Shown one piece after another: positions 1 through 8,918 of a stretch of DNA of 60,734 bases. The DNA comes from a bacterium (GTDB taxonomy: Bacteria; Krumholzibacteriota; Krumholzibacteriia; G020349025). Both the position numbers and the translations under genes were made by a program. The first letter of the stretch is position 1. Each line of letters starts with the position of its first letter. The stretch is taken from positions 1 to 60,734 of the forward strand of contig JANLSU010000065.1 in the NCBI GenBank assembly GCA_031362565.1. The letters are read 5' to 3'. The notes under the pieces are model-generated. The model worked only from the letters and a program-made list of their open reading frames with translations. It was not told the origin of the DNA and did not search any database.

Positions 1-140
1 CACGCATCGACGAACTCCTGCCCGACAACTGGCAGCAGGCTCGCGCTGAAGCCTCCACCACCAACTGACCCACCCGTTTGCACCCGGTCATATTGCGCCG
101 CGACCTCGACCACGCTACCCTGGGATTGTCGGACGGATAC
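1..140 (+). mobile_element. IS66-family insertion sequence, right end (truncated by window edge)
   Basis: Nt 3-68 encode RIDELLPDNWQQARAEASTTN*, matching the IS66 TnpC C-terminal 'xIDELLPxNW' motif. The element ends in ...GTCGGACGGATAC at 140 (reverse complement GTATCCGTCC, an IS66-type terminus), where the interrupted minus-strand gene resumes. Confidence 0.85.
3..68 (+). CDS. tnpC: IS66 transposase TnpC, C-terminal fragment
   Basis: Manual translation RIDELLPDNW..., TGA stop at 66-68. Confidence 0.8.
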   Translation, partial: RIDELLPDNWQQARAEASTTN

Positions 141-847
141 ATTAAAGAGGGATCCATATCGTTGAAGGATCGGTTCAGGACTCGACTTCGCGCGCCCAGG
201 AACCACGACAGAAGGGACAGCTCCTCTTCCAGGATGCTGATGTGTCGTGCCAGTGGACCTAGAACTGCTTGAACCTGGGAAGCCAAGGCCTTATCGCCGG
301 ACATAGCTTCTTCGCTGATTTGATTCGTGAGCGCAACCGTCTTAACCCAATCTGGCCCAGTTTGGAACGCAGTTGTGAGCTCGGGAACTTTGCTCTTTGC
401 AGAGACGCCGATCCTCGTACTCACAGGGATCGGTCCTGGTCGCCTTGCCGCTGACATTCTCAGGATTGCCAGACGCGCATCCTCTATCAGCACGGGCTTT
501 GCCTTTGGGCTACGTTGTCCGCCGGCTGAAGTAGTAAGAACCGCGAGGGCGGCCGCTACGTTGCCATCGTCGAACGAAGCCGACAGTAGGCAAGACGCAA
601 GGACAGCTACTTCCCGTTCGTTGTCGACCATGGAGAAGCTCGGGTCATCAGCCGCAAACGGCTGACGAAACCACTCGGAGCCACCGGGCAGAGGTAAACC
701 AAAATAAAGACGAGTAACATCGACTGCCCGGAGGGGCTTCATCTCCTGCCTGAGACGATCGAACGGCGACTGCCGGCGAGAAATGATGTCAGGTCCGGGA
801 TTAAGGCCCGCGGATCGATACTCATCAGCGAAGTTGAATCCAGCCAC
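141..847 (-). pseudogene. GASH-like (GTPase-associated system all-helical) protein, interrupted by IS66
   Basis: Absent from the ORF track because no stop occurs before the window edge. GGAGGAGG RBS then GTG at 847. Reads MAGFNFADEYRSAGLNPGPDIISRRQ...WFRQPFAADDPSFSMVDNEREVAVLAS...LEEELSLLSWFLGARSRVLNRSF, then runs into the IS terminus at 140. Confidence 0.72.
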
Positions 848-874
848 GATAACAGTCCTCCTCCTGGCCCGCGC

Positions 875-2155
875 TCACGACCCCTGACTAGCCGCGGACA
901 CTTCCTCGGCTAGCTTTGTTATGAGTCCGCGATCCCTAGCACGCACAAAGACCCGACGAAAGCGCTCGAAGTCAGGCTGGTTGACGTCTTCGTCTTCCAG
1001 AAGTCCCAGCTTGCCGGCAATGGCAGACTTCTGGCTGAGCGTCAGTTTGAAGAAGCGAATACTGAGTTCCCTCAGTGGGTTCATTGGATCCCCCGATGTC
1101 TGCTCGCTGTCATTGGAAGTACTCGCGTTTACCGCTTCCACCGGGGGAGCTTGAACACGCGAAGGCGCCTCCCATGGGTCGAGCTTGATCTCCGATCTGA
1201 ACACCGGCTCATTTGTTCGGTCGATTTTCGCAACAAACCTGCCTGGCGACTCCTGCCATACGCGTAGGTGAGCGCCAATTAGGAGGCGTCGATCCAGTGG
1301 AGTCCCCTGCACTGAAACCTCGATGAGGTTATATCCTGGCTCCCACCCCATTTCCGTACGATCGGGGTGCGTCGCCGCGGCCGCTATTCGGACCCAATCC
1401 CGCGCGAGCGTGATCCGTAGCCGGTGTTCATGTCCAAACAAATGAAGGCGAGCGACATCGTTTAGAGCGTCCTCCAACGCACGGCCGCGCCGCAACCAGT
1501 GCAGTGGATGGTGGCACATCACTAGATGCTCCACGCCAGCAATGCGCCCAAGTTGCGTATATGCTGGGTCGACAAAGAGTGTTTCGGGCCTATCCGCCGC
1601 GCTCGAAACGAATGCAGAGTTTAGACCAGACAAGCGAAGTGTCGATCTGTCATTTAGTGTTAGATCACGGCATGCGATCGTGCGCTGTGGCGGAAGTAGA
1701 TCACAAAAGAATTGCCCTGCGAACAAGTTGTACGCATTCAAGGGCTCGTAGAGCAGTCTGGCCGTCTCTTCGTCGGTCAGCAGACCACGCAGTTTAGCGT
1801 CGAGCGTGAGATCAGCAGACGACTTGATGTCCTGATGCAGCGCCTGAATGATGTTACGGCCGGCGATGTCCCTCGCGACGTCGTGATTGCCGGGACAGAC
1901 GAAGATGTCGGAGAGAGTCGCCTCGCATCTTTGGCAGAGGGCCTCTAGCCATTTCTCAGCGAATTTGTATTCGTCTGCGTGCCCGCTGTACGCTACGTCG
2001 CCTGACAGCAGGATTGCTTGAACAGGGCTGCCTAGCTGCGCACACATTGCTTCTACGTCGCGGAGTATTTCTTCGCGCTGACGCTGGTCAGGGTCAAGAG
2101 TCGTATTGACCATATCACGGCGAAAGTGGATGTCCGACAGATGAAGCAAGAGCAT
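875..2155 (-). CDS. Calcineurin-like metallophosphoesterase with C-terminal GAAD-like helical adaptor domain
   Basis: Motifs HLSDIH, SGD, PGNHD, CHHP, GHEH. A low-complexity linker precedes a ~65-aa tail (RELSIRFFKLTLSQKSAIAGKLGLLEDED...FVRARDRG). GGAG RBS before ATG at 2155. Confidence 0.85.
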   Translation of the reverse strand: MLLLHLSDIHFRRDMVNTTLDPDQRQREEILRDVEAMCAQLGSPVQAILLSGDVAYSGHADEYKFAEKWLEALCQRCEATLSDIFVCPGNHDVARDIAGRNIIQALHQDIKSSADLTLDAKLRGLLTDEETARLLYEPLNAYNLFAGQFFCDLLPPQRTIACRDLTLNDRSTLRLSGLNSAFVSSAADRPETLFVDPAYTQLGRIAGVEHLVMCHHPLHWLRRGRALEDALNDVARLHLFGHEHRLRITLARDWVRIAAAATHPDRTEMGWEPGYNLIEVSVQGTPLDRRLLIGAHLRVWQESPGRFVAKIDRTNEPVFRSEIKLDPWEAPSRVQAPPVEAVNASTSNDSEQTSGDPMNPLRELSIRFFKLTLSQKSAIAGKLGLLEDEDVNQPDFERFRRVFVRARDRGLITKLAEEVSAASQGS

Positions 2156-2610
2156 TCTTGATACTCCACCGTGTGCCCAGGATCCGAGTGCCGGCGATCG
2201 CACTGCCACATCGTCGCTCGTCCGCGGGCGACCATCACCCACGGAGATCGACTGAAGTTACTAGAGCACCCCCCGACTGTCGATAGGGCGTAACCGCTTG
2301 TCTGGGTTGAAAATCCGTTGGATCGGGAAACGAGGAGCAGCCAGGTAGAAGGAGTGATTCGAGACGGCAGCGTTCCCGCAGGCGTTCCCGCATTGCTCGG
2401 GGAACCCGCTGACTCACGCTGAAACCAGTCCTAAAGAACTCTCTTCGCTCGTCGTTGCAGTCCATTGCCGGTCTGCGGTTTCCGTTGATCTGACGTGACT
2501 TGCTGGGCCGAGGCCGTTTGCCGCAAATCGGCCTGAATCGATTTAGGAAACCGCCGCTCATTGGCCAGTCTGACATTCGACGGCGGGACGATCGGCGCAT
2601 CCCGCGTTGT

Positions 2611-4143
2611 TCACTCCGCCGGACCCCGCGCCAGCAGGCTACCACCGGCCGCCTCGGTGCGGACATTGATTCCCAGCCGGCTGGCGGTCGCGGGATCGCC
2701 CCAAAGCTCGCCGGCCGGGCCATCGTATGCGACCCGCCCTGCGTCGAGCACCAGAATCCGGTCACAGGTCGCAGCGACGAAGTCCGCGTCGTGTGACGCG
2801 ACGCAGGTCGTGACCCCACGAGCGTGCAATCGCGCGCACGCGTCCACCAGCCGTTCGACACCCTCGGGATCGAGGCCCAGTGTCGGCTCGTCGAGAAGCA
2901 GGAGCGGGCGTTGTTGCGCCAGCGCACCTGCGAGCGCGACGCGGCGCATTTCGCCACCGCTCAAACGAAATGGTGTCCGTGACGCGAACTCTTGCGGGTC
3001 GAGCCCGACATCGGCCAAGGCTTCAAGGACACGCCGGTCGATTTCGGCGGCCGGAACACCCGACTCGCGCAAGCCATACGCCACATCCTCACGGACGGTG
3101 GCGCCGAAAAGCTGCCGCTCCGCGAACTGGGTGACGAGACTCGGGACGGCCCGCATCGCGCCGGCCACACCGGCAGGCCATTCGACGACGCCACGATGTG
3201 GCTGCAGCAACCCACAGAGTGCCGCGAAGAGTGTCGACTTGCCGGCGCCCGATGCGCCCATCAGGCCAACACGCTCTCCAGCCATGCATTCGAACGACAC
3301 CCCGACGAGCGCTGGCGCCGTCTTGCGCCCGAACATCATCCAGCGGGCTTCCAGATCACGGACGCGCACGAGTGGTGCATCCAACTTTGCCGGCGGTTTG
3401 GGTGGCGTTGAATGGGTCGGGTGCGATACACCACGCGCACCAACATGCAGCGCGGCTTTGGCCGGCAGCGATTTCAATGCCTCCGCCGGCGGCCCGTCGG
3501 CCACCACACAGCCGTCGTGGAGAACCAGAACGCGCGAATGCGCGCGCGCCTGCTCGGCGCTGGTCATCACGTAAATGACGATCGTTTCGGGCGGCAGCGC
3601 CGCAATCGCGGCCGCGAGACTTTCCCGGCCGCGCCGGTCCAGCAACGCCGCGGTTTCGTCGAGCACCAGCACGCGCGGCTGCATCACCCAAACGCTCGCG
3701 AGCGCCAAGCGTGCCTTCTCGCCGCCCGACATCTCATGCGGTGATGCGTGCCGCTGCGACTCAAGTCCGAACCGCCCGAGCGCGTCGTCGACGAGCGGCC
3801 GCATTGTCGTGGTCGGCACATTCAGGTTCTCGAGCCCAAAGGCGATCTCGCGATCCGCCGTCGTGCTCACGAACTGATCATCGGGATCTTGGAAGAGAAG
3901 GCCGACGTCACGGCGGACAGCGAAACGGGCGGCATCGTCCTGCGTGTCGTGCCCGTCCACCGTCACCCGCCCGCGGTCCGGGAGCTCGGTGCCGTTCAAC
4001 AAGCGGACAAGCGTCGTCTTACCACTGCCGTTGCCGCCCAGCAACGCGACGCGCTCGCCGGTTTCGATTCGCAACGACACGCCGTCCAGCACCGGGCGCG
4101 GGCGCCCGGAACGTTCGACCACGACGTCATGCAGTTCGATCAC
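2611..4143 (-). CDS. ECF-type (CbiO/EcfA-like) ABC ATP-binding protein with two fused ATPase domains
   Basis: Walker A GGNGSGKTT and GASGAGKST; FQDPDDQFV and TQFAERQLF Q-loops; MSGGE and LSGGE signatures. Start uncertain (4143 or 4170). Confidence 0.85.
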   Translation of the reverse strand: MIELHDVVVERSGRPRPVLDGVSLRIETGERVALLGGNGSGKTTLVRLLNGTELPDRGRVTVDGHDTQDDAARFAVRRDVGLLFQDPDDQFVSTTADREIAFGLENLNVPTTTMRPLVDDALGRFGLESQRHASPHEMSGGEKARLALASVWVMQPRVLVLDETAALLDRRGRESLAAAIAALPPETIVIYVMTSAEQARAHSRVLVLHDGCVVADGPPAEALKSLPAKAALHVGARGVSHPTHSTPPKPPAKLDAPLVRVRDLEARWMMFGRKTAPALVGVSFECMAGERVGLMGASGAGKSTLFAALCGLLQPHRGVVEWPAGVAGAMRAVPSLVTQFAERQLFGATVREDVAYGLRESGVPAAEIDRRVLEALADVGLDPQEFASRTPFRLSGGEMRRVALAGALAQQRPLLLLDEPTLGLDPEGVERLVDACARLHARGVTTCVASHDADFVAATCDRILVLDAGRVAYDGPAGELWGDPATASRLGINVRTEAAGGSLLARGPAE

Positions 4144-4201
4144 GACGACTCCGTGAGTCTTTGGGCCCATCGCGCCGCCGGACGTGTGGCATCGGTTTCG
4201 T

Positions 4202-4834
4202 TTAAAGTCTTGGTACCTGCCGCCGGTGAGATTGGCGTCGGCGCGGCAACACCACATCGCGGGTCTCCACCGCAGAATCCTCGAACATCTCGACGAGCTG
4301 CATAAACAGAGACCGAGTCGCTAGCGCATCCCCCAGCGCGGTGTGGCGTGCTGAACTCTCCACCGGAATTCGGAAGTGTTTGAAAGCCCCATCGGAGGTT
4401 AGCGCTTCGAGTGGGACCTTCCCTCCCAACCAGGCGCAAAACAGCATGGAATACGTATCCACGGCTCGGTGGGACAGACCCGCAATGTCCGTTCTACCGG
4501 CAAGGGCGGCAAGCTTCCGCAGAAACGACAGATCGAATCCTACGTTGTGTCCAACGAGGGTCATGGGCTGCCCGTGCCCAGCACCACGGACGTATTCCTC
4601 GATCCTCGTCGCAGCTTCGACAGGCGCCACCGCTTCACGCTCCCATGAAGAAGCAAATCGGGCAAGGTTCTCGCGAGCAAACGCGGTCCACACCGGGGCG
4701 GGCGGGCGAATATGAACAAGGAGTGGCGCAAGATCAGCGGAAAAGGGGGCAAGCGCAATCGCAACCGGGTCATGCAGCGCCGGATTCGTCCCGGTCGTTT
4801 CGATGTCGACGACCAACAATCTATCGGTCTGCAT
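4202..4834 (-). CDS. DEDDh 3'-5' exonuclease (DnaQ/RNase T-like)
   Basis: ExoI VVDIETTG, ExoII GHNVGFD, ExoIII HTALGD. Confidence 0.88.
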   Translation of the reverse strand: MQTDRLLVVDIETTGTNPALHDPVAIALAPFSADLAPLLVHIRPPAPVWTAFARENLARFASSWEREAVAPVEAATRIEEYVRGAGHGQPMTLVGHNVGFDLSFLRKLAALAGRTDIAGLSHRAVDTYSMLFCAWLGGKVPLEALTSDGAFKHFRIPVESSARHTALGDALATRSLFMQLVEMFEDSAVETRDVVLPRRRQSHRRQVPRL

Positions 4835-5603
4835 TCTCACGCGTTAGGCCCATCTCATGCGCCCGGATGAGCGCGTACGTTTCCGTTACGATTGTATCAC
4901 CAAAGAGGGTCCAGTTGTCGGCGTAGCTCCTGGCGAACTGTCGCGCCGAAATCAAGAACCCGAATGGCGCAGCAAGGAGAAGAATCCAGTTTACCTGTAG
5001 AGACCGATCGAAGCACCAAGTCACAAGGGCCCCAACCAAGGCAAGTGAAGCAACCCAGCAAGCTCCGGCGGATGCAATCGCAATCGATCGATGAAGCGTG
5101 TATTTGCTCTGATACGTCGCCGCTAAAGATGTTCGGCGATTCTGAACCAGAAGGCACCTGGCGACGCGAAAGAATTCATCCCATGGCGGCGATGCCATGC
5201 CCGGAACAATTTGTGGAGCAGCGACAGCGAATAGCCGCGACAGTTCCTGCCGGTATTGAGCCGTGGGCCTGTGCAGACGAAAGCGGAGAATATCGGTCAT
5301 CGGGAGCGGCGACTTGCCCCCCGTGCACTGGCGAGAGACCCCATTCAGAACTTGGCCCAGGAAATAGCAAGCGACTCCAAGCAGCACCAGCGCTGCGATA
5401 CGCGTCGATGAGGACAAACTCGCGTCGATACTCACGATCTCCGACAGTCTCAATTCAGGCAACAACCCCAAAGACCACTTCAGGGCCAGCGGACCAAGCG
5501 CAAGCCACATCGACCCAACGAAGACAGCGCACAGAAATCCAGGCAGAAGTACCCCGAACAACTCGTACGTCAGTTGCGTCAACTTTCCGATAAACGTATC
5601 CAC
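4821..5603 (-). CDS. Hypothetical membrane protein (about 4 hydrophobic segments)
   Basis: GGGAGG RBS before GTG at 5603. Hydrophobic stretches such as YELFGVLLPGFLCAVFV, LVLLGVACYFLGQVL and WILLLAAPFGFLI. Its stop overlaps the exonuclease start. Confidence 0.7.
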   Translation of the reverse strand: MDTFIGKLTQLTYELFGVLLPGFLCAVFVGSMWLALGPLALKWSLGLLPELRLSEIVSIDASLSSSTRIAALVLLGVACYFLGQVLNGVSRQCTGGKSPLPMTDILRFRLHRPTAQYRQELSRLFAVAAPQIVPGMASPPWDEFFRVARCLLVQNRRTSLAATYQSKYTLHRSIAIASAGACWVASLALVGALVTWCFDRSLQVNWILLLAAPFGFLISARQFARSYADNWTLFGDTIVTETYALIRAHEMGLTRENADR

Positions 5604-5802
5604 GTAACCTCCCGACGCAGTGCGAAGCAACGCGCGTGTCAGGATCGTGGAATACGGATACGTCGGTCTATCTCGCAAGAACCGTCGATTGCGCTGGGAG
5701 TTAGAGCGCCCCCATTTCTCGCCAGAACCGCATCTAAAGGCCGGCCCCACGCCGCAGCTCGGCAAGCGTCATCTTAGACGACATCTTCCAGGAACTCGGT
5801 TG

Positions 5803-6801
5803 TCAGACGGCCGGCTCGGGCACCAGTGCATGGGCGGGAGCAGTGTTCGCGGCCGCAGTCGATACCGCGCTTGCGGTGGCGGTTGGCGTCGGTGACGAAA
5901 CGAGCCAGCTCGTGGTGACGGCTAGGTCGGCCGTCGGAATGGCGCGGAAACGCGGCGCGACAGTCATTGCCTCGAGTTCGCCGGCCGGCCCTGTCGTATT
6001 GGTTTCCGACACGACATTCCAGCCGGCAGCGCGATGAATGGCGCGGAAGTCGGGGAGCCGCAGGCGGTTTTGGTATTGCAACCGATTGTTGATCAAGCGC
6101 CAGGACAAGTCCGAGTAACGCAAGAAATTGTACACGGACAACGTCCGGTCGAATTGCGCGTAGTGATCCACCATGTCGACGAAGTGGCTGCCGAGAGCCC
6201 GCGGTGACGCCAGGCGTGCGAACTCCCGGAGGATGCCGGTGAGAATGTCACCGGGAATGTGTTCGAACGTGTTGTTCGAGACGAACAGGTCGATGGATCC
6301 GGCCGGCAAGTCGAGCTGACGCGCGTCACCGAGAATGCAAGTGATCCCAAGATCGGACAAAAGCTCGCGGCCGCGGCGCGAAGGTGCCGTTTGCAGCACC
6401 GCCCGCAAGCGCGAGTGCGCGTCAGGGCCCCGTACCTGTACAACCCCGGACGAGATCAACGCTTCGATGCGCACGAGCGTCGCCACCGCACACTTGTCGG
6501 TCAACAAGTCCTGCAAGTCGACCGACACGACGCGGCGCGCACCATTCAGGACCATGACCAAGGGCACGATCGGCAACCAACCCGTGCCCAGCTCGAGCAC
6601 GCTCGTGCCCGCGAACGCACCGTGGTGGTTTTCCCAATCTTCGACGTGCCGCTCGGCATGACGCCACCTGGTTAGGAATTGGTCGTCGCTCATCTGGATC
6701 GAGCCGGTGACGTACGTCTGGAGGAGGCGGTTCCAACGCTGCGGGTCGGGGAGCAGCGAAAGCGCTCCTTGGATCGTGGCCTTCGCAATCCAGCGTCCCA
6801 T
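5803..6801 (-). CDS. Class I SAM-dependent methyltransferase
   Basis: Motif I VLELGTG; IDLFVSNNTFEHI; AAGGAG RBS before ATG at 6801. Confidence 0.85.
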   Translation of the reverse strand: MGRWIAKATIQGALSLLPDPQRWNRLLQTYVTGSIQMSDDQFLTRWRHAERHVEDWENHHGAFAGTSVLELGTGWLPIVPLVMVLNGARRVVSVDLQDLLTDKCAVATLVRIEALISSGVVQVRGPDAHSRLRAVLQTAPSRRGRELLSDLGITCILGDARQLDLPAGSIDLFVSNNTFEHIPGDILTGILREFARLASPRALGSHFVDMVDHYAQFDRTLSVYNFLRYSDLSWRLINNRLQYQNRLRLPDFRAIHRAAGWNVVSETNTTGPAGELEAMTVAPRFRAIPTADLAVTTSWLVSSPTPTATASAVSTAAANTAPAHALVPEPAV

Positions 6802-6917
6802 GGTGCACTCCTTCGCGGCGAACCGATCGCGACCACCGCGCATCGCGCGCCGTGGCGGTTGGGCGCAACCCCGTCTGGTCGCGGGGTGCGCCCTGACGCC
6901 AATCGTCACCGCAGGAA

Positions 6918-6933
6918 TGCAAGGACCTGTCCA
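6918..6933 (-). promoter_or_regulatory. Putative sigma54 (-24/-12) promoter for the methyltransferase
   Basis: TGGACAGGTCCTTGCA = GG-N10-GC with TTGC, intergenic and correctly oriented. Confidence 0.55.
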
Positions 6934-6946
6934 GAGACTATTCAAC

Positions 6947-8587
6947 TCAACGCACGAGCGCCGCTTTCGCGGTCAAGACCCCGCTCGGCAAAGTCAACCG
7001 CACGACGTACAAGCCACGCGCCACCTCATGGCCGGAATCGTCGCGCCCGTTCCAATTCAAGACGTGTTCGCCCGACGTGAAGCGCGTACGTGCGAGTTGA
7101 ACGACGTGACGGCCGCGGACGTCGAAAATGTCGATTTGCAGATCGGAGTCGTTCTCGTTCGTAAAGTAGGCTTCCAGGCCGCCGCCTGCGGGGCGGGCAA
7201 GGAGCACTCCGCCGCGGGTTCGACCGGTGCCGGGCGCAGCACACACATTCGCAAAATAGGCGAGCCGGTCGACGCCGCAGGAAAATCCGGGCTTCCGCGG
7301 CACACACACGTCGACGACGGCGACGCACTCGTTCCCAGCGATGTCGGCGGCGCGCAACGACATCCGGTAAACCCGTCCGTTACCCAGCGGGTCGCGCTCG
7401 GCGCGCAGCAGGAACCGAGTTGGGCTCAGGATGATCGCATCTGGACAAGGCGCGGATCCGCCGCCCCCCACGGGCTCATCGGTGCCGATGAGTTGAACGT
7501 CGTACGACAATGGTCCGCCTTCGGGATCCGTGATGCCTTGCACTTCGATCTCCACCATCCGCCCGTCCGGTGGCCAAAGCGTGGAGACAGTCGCAAATGC
7601 GTGCGAGCAGTCGGGCGGCAGGTTGGTGCATGTCGGGGCACAAATCGCATCGCGGGCGATCTCGGCGCCGAAGGGGGCGGCACAGACTGCAGACGTGGCT
7701 ACCGCGCCAATTGCGACCGTACCATTCTGGCAACTGTTCCGAATCAAGGACCGCGACGCGGTAACACTCTGGCCCGGCGGGATTGCTGCGAACGAACCGG
7801 CGAGCACGCGTTCCACGAACACATCGACGGACGCCGTCGTGCTACCGCAGTTCGTCGCAGTTGCAGTGACGGTCACGGGGGCTTCCTGGCACACTCCCGG
7901 AGCCACAGATCCGGAGAGTTGAATGCAAGGCGCGCCTGGACATGCAGCCGGACAAGCCGTCTCCGGGGCGCAACCCGGCACGTTGAGGCGCAGTCGTGCC
8001 GCGATCGCAGCGCCGGTTTCGTCGATCGCACAAGGTCGCATGCATGACTTCGTGAAGGCAGGCGAATCGCATCGGTTGAAGAGCGGGCAGCTGAAGTTGA
8101 AGTTCAGCGGCGGGTCACGGCGCTCGACGCGTAGCTCGGTCGGGCCACCCGCCACGTTGAATACCTGGATTGTTCCCAGGGCGACGCGCGGTGCGCTCAT
8201 GCAATTGGCAAAGGCGATGTTGATGCCGCTTGCCGCCGCATCGTCGTTGGGCGTGAGATCGAGAGCTTCACCGAGCGCAAGCGCGGTCGCAGGCGGCGTG
8301 TAGGACATGAAATAGCCGGCTGGATTCGTGACGACGATCCGAAACTCAACGCCGGTAAACCCATTGGCGACGGCGCCGCCAGGAAACCCGAACACATACA
8401 ATGTGGTCGCTGCGCCCGCCGTCAAGGACGCGCAGGTTTCAGTTCCGGCGGGGTCAGCGAAGACTCCCACAAACTCGCCGTCGGCTGGCGTGCCGGCGAC
8501 CGGAACATCGCCGCGGGCGCGAGGCGCGGCAAACGCCAGAACGACTAGTGCACATGCAATCGCGAAACCCTGGTGTAGTGAACGCAT
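6947..8587 (-). CDS. Secreted Cys-rich multidomain protein with C-terminal FlgD-Ig/Por-secretion-like domain
   Basis: Signal peptide; N-terminal domain paralogous to 8919-9566; NLPPDCS...LWPP...RAER..GNGRVY module; tail IFDVRGRHV...WNGRDDSG...GLYVVRL. Confidence 0.8.
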   Translation of the reverse strand: MRSLHQGFAIACALVVLAFAAPRARGDVPVAGTPADGEFVGVFADPAGTETCASLTAGAATTLYVFGFPGGAVANGFTGVEFRIVVTNPAGYFMSYTPPATALALGEALDLTPNDDAAASGINIAFANCMSAPRVALGTIQVFNVAGGPTELRVERRDPPLNFNFSCPLFNRCDSPAFTKSCMRPCAIDETGAAIAARLRLNVPGCAPETACPAACPGAPCIQLSGSVAPGVCQEAPVTVTATATNCGSTTASVDVFVERVLAGSFAAIPPGQSVTASRSLIRNSCQNGTVAIGAVATSAVCAAPFGAEIARDAICAPTCTNLPPDCSHAFATVSTLWPPDGRMVEIEVQGITDPEGGPLSYDVQLIGTDEPVGGGGSAPCPDAIILSPTRFLLRAERDPLGNGRVYRMSLRAADIAGNECVAVVDVCVPRKPGFSCGVDRLAYFANVCAAPGTGRTRGGVLLARPAGGGLEAYFTNENDSDLQIDIFDVRGRHVVQLARTRFTSGEHVLNWNGRDDSGHEVARGLYVVRLTLPSGVLTAKAALVR

Positions 8588-8769
8588 GATCGACCTCCAG
8601 AAGGCGAGCAGCGCCGCTTCGAGTCGCGGTCGGGTGGGCTCGTTCAACCTATTCCCTCATGCCCACGCAGTCAAGTTACGCTCCGGAGTGCGTTGAGTGA
8701 ATTTCGTGTCATCTTCACTGCGAACGTTCGTCCCGGGGAAGGCTCGTTTCGGTGGCATGGTGCCTTCGC

Positions 8770-8798
8770 TTGCGCATGGCCCCGGCAGGTACTATCAT
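8770..8798 (+). promoter_or_regulatory. Putative sigma70 promoter for 8919-9566
   Basis: TTGCGC-N17-TATCAT. Confidence 0.45.
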
Positions 8799-8918
8799 TC
8801 CCGCGAGCCACAACCCTCGTCATCCCACCGCGATCGGCTCTTGAAACGTTGCGCTGCGACGTCTTTCTTCCCCACCCAAGACGCCGCTTCCAAGTCGTCT
8901 CTATGACTGGAGGACGTC

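Noticed and set aside
78..665. Plus-strand ORFs of 64, 61 and 112 aa
   Set aside because: Antisense to the better-supported GASH-like gene, and one spans the IS junction.
2370..2392. Tandem direct repeat GCGTTCCCGCA x2, plus a hairpin near 2511-2534
   Set aside because: Only two short copies; not a CRISPR array or recognisable att/tRNA remnant. Could be an operator but unsupported.
5664..5785. Two TCTAA...T(T)AGA inverted pairs resembling integron attC cores upstream of the TM/exonuclease cassette
   Set aside because: Cores deviate from RYYYAAC/GTTRRRY, the sites are only ~45-50 nt, inner pairing is poor, and no integrase or second site after the cassette was seen.
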